Part shown: positions 8,287 to 16,541 of the stretch, one piece after another
Layout of the letters: each line of letters opens with the position of its first letter
Position numbering within the stretch: the first letter of the stretch is position 1
Source of the DNA: an uncultured Verrucomicrobiales bacterium
Lineage (GTDB): Bacteria > Verrucomicrobiota > Verrucomicrobiia > Limisphaerales > JAYPXF01
NCBI GenBank assembly: GCA_937893495.1
Contig: CALBIE010000391.1
Location: 1,363-65,362, forward strand
Direction: 5' to 3'
Length of the DNA: 64,000 nucleotides
Notes under the pieces: generated by a model
What the model was told of the DNA's origin: nothing
The model's input: the letters and a program-made list of their open reading frames with translations, nothing else
Databases searched by the model: none
Position numbers and translations under genes: made by a program

Positions 8287-11200
8287 ATGGCCTGCATCTA
8301 TCTCGTTGTCATCGAGCCGCCGTCGGGCGGAAGGTTCGAGCATCACCTGAAGGTCGGTGATTACGTACTGGGTCGCGCGGAGGAGTCCGCCGATATCGTC
8401 GTGCATTCGCCTGAGGTGTCGCGCCGGCACGTGCGGTTTGGCCTGCGCGACTGGCATTGCACCGTCGAGGATTTGGGCAGCACATCGGGAACGATTCACA
8501 AGGGAGAACGGCTCACCAGTCAGCAGGTATTCTCCTGTCCGGTCGAGATTCAACTTGGAACGGTGCGGGTGCGTGTCGAGGCGTGCGATGTCAGCGGCAG
8601 CGCTACTCCGGGTGCCGATGCGGCCGGGCATTATTACAAGGGCCGCGCAATCGCCAAAGGCGGGATGGGTGAGGTGTTGGAAGCGAATGATCAGTTGCTG
8701 GGCCGCACTGTGGCGATGAAGATCATCCGGCAGGATATCGGCGATCCGGAAAGCGCGCGCATGCGTTTCGTCCGCGAGGCCACCGTGCTCGCCCGGTTGG
8801 AGCATCCAAGTATCGTGCCTATTTATGAAATGGGGAGGGACGGCATTGGGCAACTTTTCTACGCCATGAAGCTCGTTCACGGCGTGAACCTGAGTCACAT
8901 TCTCAAACAGATCAGGGCAGGAGACACCGATACAATTTCGGAATACCCGCTGGCCCGGTTGCTGAATATTTTCCGCAAGGTTTGCGACGCCGTTGCCTTC
9001 GCGCACACGCATCAGGTGATTCACCGGGATCTCAAGCCGGAGAACATCATGGTGGGGGCGTATGGTGAAGTGCTGGTGATGGATTGGGGTCTGGCGAAGA
9101 TTCTCGATGACGCGGCACAGCAGGCGGCTGAGCGAAACACCGTTGCGTTCAATCCGGAGGCGATGACAATGCCCGAAGGATTCCAGGAACTCAGCGAGAG
9201 TGAGATGGCCGGAATGACCGCGAACCTGACGGTCGATGGCGCGGTGATGGGCACGCCAAATTTCATGGCGCCGGAGCAGGCCGAGGGGCGCATTGCCGAT
9301 CTCGATGCGCGCACGGACATCTACGCGTTGGGCGGCATCCTCTACAACCTCCTCACGCTACGTACGCCGGTGCAGGGGAAGTCGTTGAAAAAGGTGTTGT
9401 CAGATGTGCGCAGCGGCAACATCACGCCGCCCACCATTTACAATTCGCGGACCGGAGAGGCCGCGAAGTCCTTGCCCGACTGGGACGGCACCGCGGCGGC
9501 AGGGGAAAGCACACCGATAAAGCTCGCACATCTGCCGGGCGGACGGGTGCCATCCGCACTTTCAGCCGTGGCGATGCACGCGCTGGCGACTCAACCGGAA
9601 AACCGTTATCCGTCCGTGATTGACCTCGCCGAAGACATCGACGCTTACACGGGTGGTTACGCCACTTCCGCCGAGGCCGTCGGCACCCTCGGCCTGATCC
9701 GGCTGTTCATTGCGCGAAATCGGGTTCTGTCGGCGGCAGCCGCGATTGTTGTGCTGGTGACTTTGGGATTCATGGGGAAGGTCGTGGAGAGCGAACGTCG
9801 GGCGCAGACCAGTGCCACGGAAGCCGCCGCCGAAGCCAAGACAGCCCGCGCGGCGGAGACGACGGCACGGGCGGCGGAGGCCGTGGCCAGGGCGGAAAAG
9901 GAAAACAGTCGCAGGGCATTGGGTCAGGCGCAGATTGCCTTGGCGGAAGCCGCTTCGCGCGATGGCGATATCATCGGTTTGTTTCGGCATCTGGAAGCCT
10001 GTCCGGCCGATCTGCGCGAGACCAACTGGCAGTATCTCAACGGCAAGCGAAACACCTGCCTGGGGCAGTTGTCGGCGCAGGGCAGAGTGACCGGCCGGGG
10101 TTTTGCCTTTCGTCCGCGCACGTCGGGGAGCCGCCCCGAATTCGCGTTCATCAATGGTCCGCGTGGAATTGGCAGGGAAGTCGTGTTTCACGAGTTCGCC
10201 ACGATGCGGTGGGTTCGAACCATAAACATCGGCAGGAAAACGGGGCTCATCGCGATATCGCCAGATGGCAGGACACTGGCAACAGGTGGCGACGGAGATC
10301 CCGTGAATCTTTTTGACATCGCCACGCAGGAACGGGCCAGAACCCTCAATCTGGAGTTCAATGGTTTCGACGAGATGAAGTTTTCGGCAGATGGCACCCG
10401 GCTGTTCTACAGGCGGCGGAGACCGGGAACTCTCTACTGCGCCGATGCAACCGATGGCCGGACCATCTGGAAGTACGACGCACCACTGGCTCAGTCTGCG
10501 GTGGACCCGCTGGGCCGCTACGTCGCCGTCCATCACATGGACGCTCTTCAGACGGTCAATTTGATCGACGTCAAGACAGGTAAACCGGTTCGCACGTTGG
10601 AGCCAGGGAACGACTTCCTCTGGCAACTGGCATTTTCCGATGACGGCTCGTTTCTGGCCGGTGGAGATTTTCAGGGGTATGCCTCGATCTGGGACCTGCA
10701 ATCGGGTCAGCTTCGCAGCCGTGTTCGAGCCGGTGGCGGCCGCCTCACGAGTCTCGCTTTCACCCGGCAGAATCACTTGATCACCCTGTGCAACGAGACA
10801 CAGAACAAGACGGATGAAACGCAGAAGCGATTGCGCCTCTGGATCGTGGCCGAAGGCACTGAAATCGATTCCCGGCTGGGTGTGCCGACGGACGCCGGAC
10901 TATTCCTTCTCGAACCGACGACGGGCCGTCTGGTTTGCGATGGTGCTCGCATGACGCTGTGGCAGTTTCCGCTGCAGCCTGCGGATATTACGATCTCGCA
11001 TTCGGGCGCCAGTGGTTACGTGGCCGCTTTTCTGGGTGATTATCATCTGCTCTGCCCCGGTGATCAACTGAGCGAATGGATGACGATGCGGGAACTGCCG
11101 GTCCACGGTGACCCACCCGTAGTGTGGCGTTCGCGAACCTTCCGGGACTCAAGGTCCTTTGCCGTCACACCCGATCAATCCGTTGCCGTGTTGGCAAGGG

Positions 11201-11946
11201 GAACCTCCATCGCCATGCTACGTCGAACCGGTACAAATCAACCGGTCATGGTTGAAGCACGCATCAAGCAGGCAGCGGTGGCGATCGGCGTTTCCCGCAG
11301 CGGCCGGCGGATTCTCATGGTCGATGGAAACCGGGTGCATCTCGCGGATCCGGAGCAGGTGGCACCCCTGAAAACGTACAAGACTCCAGGCAATGGGACG
11401 AGAATCGCCGGTAAATTTGCCGCTTTCATGAAGGATGATACACGGGTCGTGGCCGTGTTCAACGGCGCCATCAATACTGGACAATCGGAAAGCCTGACGT
11501 ACTGCTGGGATGTGAAATCCGGAGAGTTGGTTATCGGCATCACCAACTATTCCAGGATCACTGCCTTCGCGGTTTCGCCGGACGGAAAAGAATTCGCAAT
11601 CGGGACACAGGACAAACGGATCACCATCATGAATGCCGACTTGAAACCGGTCCGAAGTTTTCGCGCTCATGACCGGGCGGTTTCGGCGCTCATCTATCAT
11701 CCCACTCTGCCATTGATCGCCTCGGGTTCCTACGACCTCTCGATCAAATTCTGGAATGCCCGGACGGGTTTGTTGCTGGGCACCCTTCTCGGCCCGGAGA
11801 AACGACTGGATGCGCTCAGCTTCAGTGTGTCGGGCAATCGCCTGGCCTGCGCCGCGCCGGATGGAAAAACGCGAGTGTGGGATTTCGACTCCCCGCACTT
11901 TGGAAAAATGATCGCCGAGGAACGAGGCGAATTATCGAAACCGTAG
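8287..11946 (+). CDS. FHA domain - Ser/Thr protein kinase - TM - Ala-rich coiled segment - WD40 beta-propeller protein
   Basis: 1219-aa ORF. N-terminal FHA-like segment (VLGRAEESADIVVHSPEVSRRHVRF...EDLGSTSGT). Hanks kinase motifs (AMKII, HRDLKPENIMV, DWGLAK, GTPNFMAPE). Hydrophobic helix (VLSAAAAIVVLVTLGFMGKVV). Repetitive TARAAE-type Ala-rich stretch. Multiple WD-like repeats to the C-terminus (e.g. SGSYDLSIKFWN, DGKTRVWD). Confidence 0.9.
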   Translation: MACIYLVVIEPPSGGRFEHHLKVGDYVLGRAEESADIVVHSPEVSRRHVRFGLRDWHCTVEDLGSTSGTIHKGERLTSQQVFSCPVEIQLGTVRVRVEACDVSGSATPGADAAGHYYKGRAIAKGGMGEVLEANDQLLGRTVAMKIIRQDIGDPESARMRFVREATVLARLEHPSIVPIYEMGRDGIGQLFYAMKLVHGVNLSHILKQIRAGDTDTISEYPLARLLNIFRKVCDAVAFAHTHQVIHRDLKPENIMVGAYGEVLVMDWGLAKILDDAAQQAAERNTVAFNPEAMTMPEGFQELSESEMAGMTANLTVDGAVMGTPNFMAPEQAEGRIADLDARTDIYALGGILYNLLTLRTPVQGKSLKKVLSDVRSGNITPPTIYNSRTGEAAKSLPDWDGTAAAGESTPIKLAHLPGGRVPSALSAVAMHALATQPENRYPSVIDLAEDIDAYTGGYATSAEAVGTLGLIRLFIARNRVLSAAAAIVVLVTLGFMGKVVESERRAQTSATEAAAEAKTARAAETTARAAEAVARAEKENSRRALGQAQIALAEAASRDGDIIGLFRHLEACPADLRETNWQYLNGKRNTCLGQLSAQGRVTGRGFAFRPRTSGSRPEFAFINGPRGIGREVVFHEFATMRWVRTINIGRKTGLIAISPDGRTLATGGDGDPVNLFDIATQERARTLNLEFNGFDEMKFSADGTRLFYRRRRPGTLYCADATDGRTIWKYDAPLAQSAVDPLGRYVAVHHMDALQTVNLIDVKTGKPVRTLEPGNDFLWQLAFSDDGSFLAGGDFQGYASIWDLQSGQLRSRVRAGGGRLTSLAFTRQNHLITLCNETQNKTDETQKRLRLWIVAEGTEIDSRLGVPTDAGLFLLEPTTGRLVCDGARMTLWQFPLQPADITISHSGASGYVAAFLGDYHLLCPGDQLSEWMTMRELPVHGDPPVVWRSRTFRDSRSFAVTPDQSVAVLARGTSIAMLRRTGTNQPVMVEARIKQAAVAIGVSRSGRRILMVDGNRVHLADPEQVAPLKTYKTPGNGTRIAGKFAAFMKDDTRVVAVFNGAINTGQSESLTYCWDVKSGELVIGITNYSRITAFAVSPDGKEFAIGTQDKRITIMNADLKPVRSFRAHDRAVSALIYHPTLPLIASGSYDLSIKFWNARTGLLLGTLLGPEKRLDALSFSVSGNRLACAAPDGKTRVWDFDSPHFGKMIAEERGELSKP

Positions 11947-12415
11947 GCTGGAATGCGCATCCGCTTGGAGTCGATGAAGCGGGGCATTCATGCCGCAGAA
12001 CCAGCCGTCTTCGACCAGGGACAACGACCTTCCTCGGCATCCGATCGTCGCAGAGTCCCAGTGTCTTTAATTTTGAGTCAACAGGCAGTCAAAAAAGCGA
12101 TCAAAACCAATTCAACGTGGGCATCGTTGTTGATGCTGCGAATGAGATGATTCCTGTTTGGCCCAGTTTCCCGTTCGTGAATCTTTTCCCCCAGATTCCG
12201 GCTGACGAAGAGTGATGGTTCCATTGGCACGCAAATCACGATTTCACAAGGGGGACATCACCTGAATCATCGCGGACCAGTTGGCAATGCGGACGGCCTC
12301 TCTCACCCCGGTCTACGCTCAGTGATCTCCGTTGCCCGGGGCGGTGAAAGGCCCTATTTTAGGAACCGCCGTCGGCGTTGGTCCGATGTGGTTCGCAACG
12401 ACTTTGTGAAATCTG

Positions 12416-13165
12416 ATGTCGAAACCCTTCACACACATCTGTTTCGAATGCGCGAACGGCATTCCCTATGACAACGAAACCGCCGGGCGTGAAATAGGGT
12501 GTCCGTATTGCGGCAACCACATAAGGTTGGGCGAGTCGTCCGGTGCCGTCGCTGAAGAGGCCGAGGCCAGTCCATGGTCGCATTCGGACGAAGAGGACAT
12601 GAGCGATGATTCGCAGAGAAGGGGCGTGCGTGCGTTCGCAATTATTATAGCGATACTGTTGGTTGCAGGCGGTGGCTGGGCGAGCTGGTGGTTTGGGTTC
12701 CGCCAGGTGCCGGTCGAGCCCGGAATCAAGTTGGTTGAATCCACGGTTGAGTCGGGATCGGAGCAAAACAAATCTCCGCAGCCTGAATCTAAACCGCCGT
12801 CGGTTGCCACGGAGACGAACGCGCCGGCGACTACGAATGCACCGCCCCCGGTTGACTGGCGAACCTTCATCGGAACCTATCGCCGTAATCCTTCCGAGAA
12901 CAGTTCGCATACGGGAATAATCAGCTGGGTGGGACTGAGTGACAGCGGGAAGCCGATCCTGAAGTGGCGCAATCTCGCCGGAGCGGAATGGCCACTCTAC
13001 CCGACCCCCAAATCTTGGAAGGTTCGTACAGGAAAAGGAAACCCTCACCTGAATACGGCTCAAGGCAATCACTTCGTATTTCGCCCGGGCGAAGGAACGA
13101 ATCGAATCCCCGCCGGGTTTGAATTCAATCAGGGTTTCTTCATGCGCATCATCCTGGCGCGGTGA
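12416..13165 (+). CDS. mosaic-family protein: N-terminal zinc ribbon - acidic PW motif - single TM - C-terminal 'YRRNP' domain (module B)
   Basis: 249-aa ORF. CFEC...CPYC zinc ribbon, SPWSHSDEED, TM (VRAFAIIIAILLVAGGGWASWWFGF), C-terminal DWRTFIGTYRRNPSENSSHTG...KWRNLAGAEWPLYPTP...GFEFNQGFFMRI. The last segment is shared with the genes at 19156 and 22456. Confidence 0.85.
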   Translation: MSKPFTHICFECANGIPYDNETAGREIGCPYCGNHIRLGESSGAVAEEAEASPWSHSDEEDMSDDSQRRGVRAFAIIIAILLVAGGGWASWWFGFRQVPVEPGIKLVESTVESGSEQNKSPQPESKPPSVATETNAPATTNAPPPVDWRTFIGTYRRNPSENSSHTGIISWVGLSDSGKPILKWRNLAGAEWPLYPTPKSWKVRTGKGNPHLNTAQGNHFVFRPGEGTNRIPAGFEFNQGFFMRIILAR

Positions 13166-13476
13166 ACGGACGCTCGATGATGCGTGATTCTCACGGTGTG
13201 CCGACCCGGTACTCGTCGTCGGCCAGAATGGGCGACTGGAAATCCAGACTCATCGGTTGCGGCGATACTTGCCCAACGAATATCGATTCAGGCCAGTAGC
13301 GGATTTCGAGTCAGGCTCTGGGCATCAATGGGACACCCTTCAATTAATTGCACCACAGACACCCGGGCGAGCCACATTCCGGCGGACGGGCGCGGGAATC
13401 CGAACCGAGAATACCGGGCGCAGGTCTTCCGACATTCCGGACAACCGACCATTCTGGACGGAGCTGCGTTTTTTCA

Positions 13477-13503
13477 GAACGTGCTTCCAAAAATATTGTC
13501 TCA
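13477..13503 (+). promoter_or_regulatory. possible ECF-type promoter (GAACGT -35-like, 17-nt spacer, GTCTCA -10-like) upstream of the ECF sigma gene
   Basis: caGAACGTgcttccaaaaatattGTCTCAg lies about 40 nt upstream of ATG 13541. It resembles the generic ECF AAC...GTC/CGT layout. A second GAACGT (16504-16509) sits 33 nt upstream of the kinase gene at 16542. This is a pattern match only. Confidence 0.2.
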
Positions 13504-13540
13504 GAACGATACTCGCCGCTCAGGGAACTCTTCGATTGGA

Positions 13541-14281
13541 ATGAACGAACGAGACACCATCTCGCCGGGCCAACAAGCCTATTTTCAAACCACGCACTGG
13601 AGTGCTGTGCTGACGGCCGCTCGACCTTCCGAACCACGGGCATCGGCGGCGCTGGAGACGCTTTGTCGTAACTATTGGCTGCCGTTGTATCTCTACGTGC
13701 GCCGCAAGGGATTCAGCACCGAGGATGCTCAGGATTTGACCCAGGGATTTTTCGCCCATTTGCTCGGGACTGCCTGGTTGACCAAGGCTGATCGCGCCAA
13801 CGGCAAATTTCGATCATTCCTGTTGGTATCCCTGAACAATTTCCTGGCCAACGATTGGGATCATCGCAACGCAAAGAAGCGCGGCGGAGGCGCCAGCCAT
13901 CTGTCCATCGACGAGGAACTTGCTGAAAAACGCTTTCACAATGAACCCGCCTCCGGTGAAACGCCGGAGCATTTTTTTGATCGGCAATGGGCGGCGACCG
14001 TTCTGGAGCGCGCCATGACTCGACTTGCCGACGAAATGGCAGCATCCGGAAAGAAGCAGTACTTCGACAGACTTCGGGAGTTTATGGCCATCCGTGCGGC
14101 TCCTTCCGCCTACCACGAAATCGCCGGTGAACTCGACACAACACCAGCAGCGTTGGCGATGGCGGTCAGCCGGATGCGGAAGCGATATCGCGAGATAATC
14201 CGGTCGGAAGTGACCGATACCCTGGCTGAACCGGGCGACGCCGATCTTGAAATCAGGCATCTCCTGGAGGCGATTGCCTGA
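13541..14281 (+). CDS. ECF-type RNA polymerase sigma-70 factor (PVC-type, Ser/Thr-kinase-associated class)
   Basis: Met at 13541 chosen inside the 365-aa ORF. It reads MNERDTISPGQQAYFQTTHWSAVL...LCRNYWLPLYLYVRRKGFSTEDAQDLTQGFFAHLL (sigma region 2) and ...ELDTTPAALAMAVSRMRKRYREI (region 4 HTH). No adjacent classical anti-sigma gene; it is followed directly by an STK. Confidence 0.85.
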   Translation: MNERDTISPGQQAYFQTTHWSAVLTAARPSEPRASAALETLCRNYWLPLYLYVRRKGFSTEDAQDLTQGFFAHLLGTAWLTKADRANGKFRSFLLVSLNNFLANDWDHRNAKKRGGGASHLSIDEELAEKRFHNEPASGETPEHFFDRQWAATVLERAMTRLADEMAASGKKQYFDRLREFMAIRAAPSAYHEIAGELDTTPAALAMAVSRMRKRYREIIRSEVTDTLAEPGDADLEIRHLLEAIA

Positions 14282-14351
14282 CAGCAAGGTTTGGCTGTCG
14301 CTGAAACTTTGTTTTGTTCGTTAGAATGGGCCGGGAATTCTTTAGGAATGG

Positions 14352-15980
14352 GTGGAAGAAAACGTGTATCAACAATTCGTTTCGACGAACAGCCAATCAT
14401 TTTTCATGGGAACCGGGAACGTACCTGCAAAGCTTTGTCGAGAGTGTGGAGGGCCGATTCCCTCTCAGTCTGCTCTCGGCGATGTTTGCCCGGCCTGCCT
14501 GGCCGGCTCGTTGATGGGCGATCCAACCGAGTTGCCAGGTGGCGGTTCAGCGTGCAAATCCGCTCCGATATTCAGGCCTGGAATGGAGCAGGAAAGACTG
14601 ATCGGAAAGCGGTTCGGCAAGTACGAGATCATTGAGGAAATCGGACGCGGTGGAATGGGGGTCGTTTATCGCGCCCGGGAGGAGGAATTGAATCGCGACG
14701 TGGCGCTCAAGGTTTTCCCTTTGTCGGCCATGGACAATGCGGAAAGGCTGAATCGGTTTCAGAACGAGGCGCGTGCATTGGCGCGCGTTCGCCATCCGAA
14801 TATCGTGGGCATTCACGAAACGGGAGTGCTGGACAGTCACCGTTTCATCGCCATGGATTTCATCGCGGGCCACGATCTCGCGCGGCGTATTCGTGGGGGC
14901 CTTCCCTCCATCGAACAAAGCGCGCGCTGGATGAAGAGCATCGCCTCGGCGACGGCGACTCTGCATGAACACGGCATTATTCATCGCGATCTGAAACCCT
15001 CCAACGTCCTGATGGATATCGATGGGAAACCTGTGCTGACCGACTTCGGCATCGCCAAGATTGTCAGCGACGACTCCAGCCTGACGATGACGGGAAGCGT
15101 CTTCGGCACTCCCGCCTACATGTCGCCCGAACAGGCGATGGAAAGCCGCGACGTCGATGAGGCCTCCGATGTGTACAGCCTTGGCGCCATTCTATACGAA
15201 CTCCTGACCGGTCGGCCGCCGTTCAAGGCCGACAGCACGGTGGATCTCCTGCTCCTGGTCACCGACGCGGAACCGATTCCTCCCCGGAAACTCAACCCGG
15301 ATGTCCCGATGGCGCTGCAGCAGATCTGCCTGCGTTGTCTGGAGAAGAAACCCGCCCGGCGATATCCATCGGCCGCAGCGCTTGCATCCGATCTCGAGGC
15401 CTACCTGTTGGGAGATGCCCCCGATACGCTCACCACGCACTGGATCGACGGATTCCAACGCCGAACCCGCCGACAGCCCGGTCTCATCATCCGCTGCGTT
15501 GTGTTGACCGTCGTCGCCGGTGTTCTCCAACTGAAACAGGTTGCGGCTCCAGATCTCGCGACTCCGGCAATTCACTATTCGGTGTTGAGTATCATCGCCA
15601 TCTGGATCGCGTCCGCTTTTTTCTTCCAGCGACTGGCCACGGAAAAGCGATTTGCAGCCCAGGCCCGCCGCTGGTGGGGTGCCGCGGACGCCATCCTGTT
15701 CACCAACATTCTCGTTGTCGGCGAGCAGGCTTCCGGACCGGAGCTGATTGGATATCCGCTGCTGATTGCGGCCATTGGGCTCACCTTTGATACGGAAGCC
15801 GTAATCATCACGGGTGCGTCGAGCGTTCTTGCCTACCTGTATTACCTGTCATTCCAGGACTTGGAGCGTTCCACCGTCCACCTCCATCTTGTCTTTTTGA
15901 TTGGACTGATGGCACTGACCTTTTGCATCCATTTTCAAATCCGTCGTGTTCGAGCATTGAGCCGATACTACGAGAATTAA
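14352..15980 (+). CDS. Ser/Thr protein kinase with N-terminal Cys4 zinc-ribbon-like motif and C-terminal polytopic membrane domain
   Basis: 542-aa ORF (GTG start; alternative ATG at 14406). CRECGGPI...CPAC motif. Kinase motifs GRGGMGVVYRA, ALKV, HRDLKPSNVLM, DFGIAK, GTPAYMSPE. About 5-6 hydrophobic helices after residue 370. Confidence 0.9.
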   Translation: MEENVYQQFVSTNSQSFFMGTGNVPAKLCRECGGPIPSQSALGDVCPACLAGSLMGDPTELPGGGSACKSAPIFRPGMEQERLIGKRFGKYEIIEEIGRGGMGVVYRAREEELNRDVALKVFPLSAMDNAERLNRFQNEARALARVRHPNIVGIHETGVLDSHRFIAMDFIAGHDLARRIRGGLPSIEQSARWMKSIASATATLHEHGIIHRDLKPSNVLMDIDGKPVLTDFGIAKIVSDDSSLTMTGSVFGTPAYMSPEQAMESRDVDEASDVYSLGAILYELLTGRPPFKADSTVDLLLLVTDAEPIPPRKLNPDVPMALQQICLRCLEKKPARRYPSAAALASDLEAYLLGDAPDTLTTHWIDGFQRRTRRQPGLIIRCVVLTVVAGVLQLKQVAAPDLATPAIHYSVLSIIAIWIASAFFFQRLATEKRFAAQARRWWGAADAILFTNILVVGEQASGPELIGYPLLIAAIGLTFDTEAVIITGASSVLAYLYYLSFQDLERSTVHLHLVFLIGLMALTFCIHFQIRRVRALSRYYEN

Positions 15981-16035
15981 CGCCCGGACTGACCCGGCGC
16001 GTTGGAATCGTCGCCGGCTACTTTTGGTAGCGTGT

Positions 16036-16479
16036 ATGGACACTTTGTTGAACTTCCTTTCCCTGGTTTGGCCCTACCTGTTGGTGGGGGCGATACTCGC
16101 CCTTGTTGTGTCCGCCCGCCGCTCGATGGCGAGGCGCGGGCAGGATTTCCGGACGTTTGCCCGACGGGTTGTCACCTTCGATAATATCGGTGTGGCGCTT
16201 TTCGTCTGGGCGGCGGCAAGCGTGGTTCTCTGTGCGTCCTTGCAGAGCGTTTTGTCGAGCCAATCTGAGGCCCTGTTATTTATCTATGCTGACTTGATCC
16301 CAAGCCCCTTGTTTTTGATCCTGAATGGGATCGCATTGAAGCGAAACCTTTCCGGCCCAAAGGCGACCGGAAGCCATTGGAGCGTGAGGGTGATGCTGAT
16401 TCTTGGTTTTTTGTTTTGGGGCCTCGTGTTTTTGTTCTTCCTCGCAACGGGGTTTAGGCCAGGCATGCTTTTGATGTGA
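16036..16479 (+). CDS. small polytopic membrane protein
   Basis: ORF 16024..16479 (TTG); ATG at 16036 preferred. Four hydrophobic segments (LLNFLSLVWPYLLVGAILALVV, IGVALFVWAAASVVLCASL, LIPSPLFLILNGIAL, VMLILGFLFWGLVFLFFLA). Confidence 0.65.
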   Translation: MDTLLNFLSLVWPYLLVGAILALVVSARRSMARRGQDFRTFARRVVTFDNIGVALFVWAAASVVLCASLQSVLSSQSEALLFIYADLIPSPLFLILNGIALKRNLSGPKATGSHWSVRVMLILGFLFWGLVFLFFLATGFRPGMLLM

Positions 16480-16541
16480 TGGTGAGGATCTCGCTGCTGA
16501 TTTGAACGTACGCAATTCAAATTAACCCGTTAAACGAACGA

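Noticed and set aside
11947-12415. 470-bp gap before the first ZnRibbon gene, examined for an RNA gene or a coding remnant. The string GGAAC-N17-CGAT at 12362-12387 was noted as ECF-promoter-like.
   Set aside because: There is no convincing structure, repeat or protein-like frame. The promoter-like string is a weak match and differs from the one upstream of the sigma gene.
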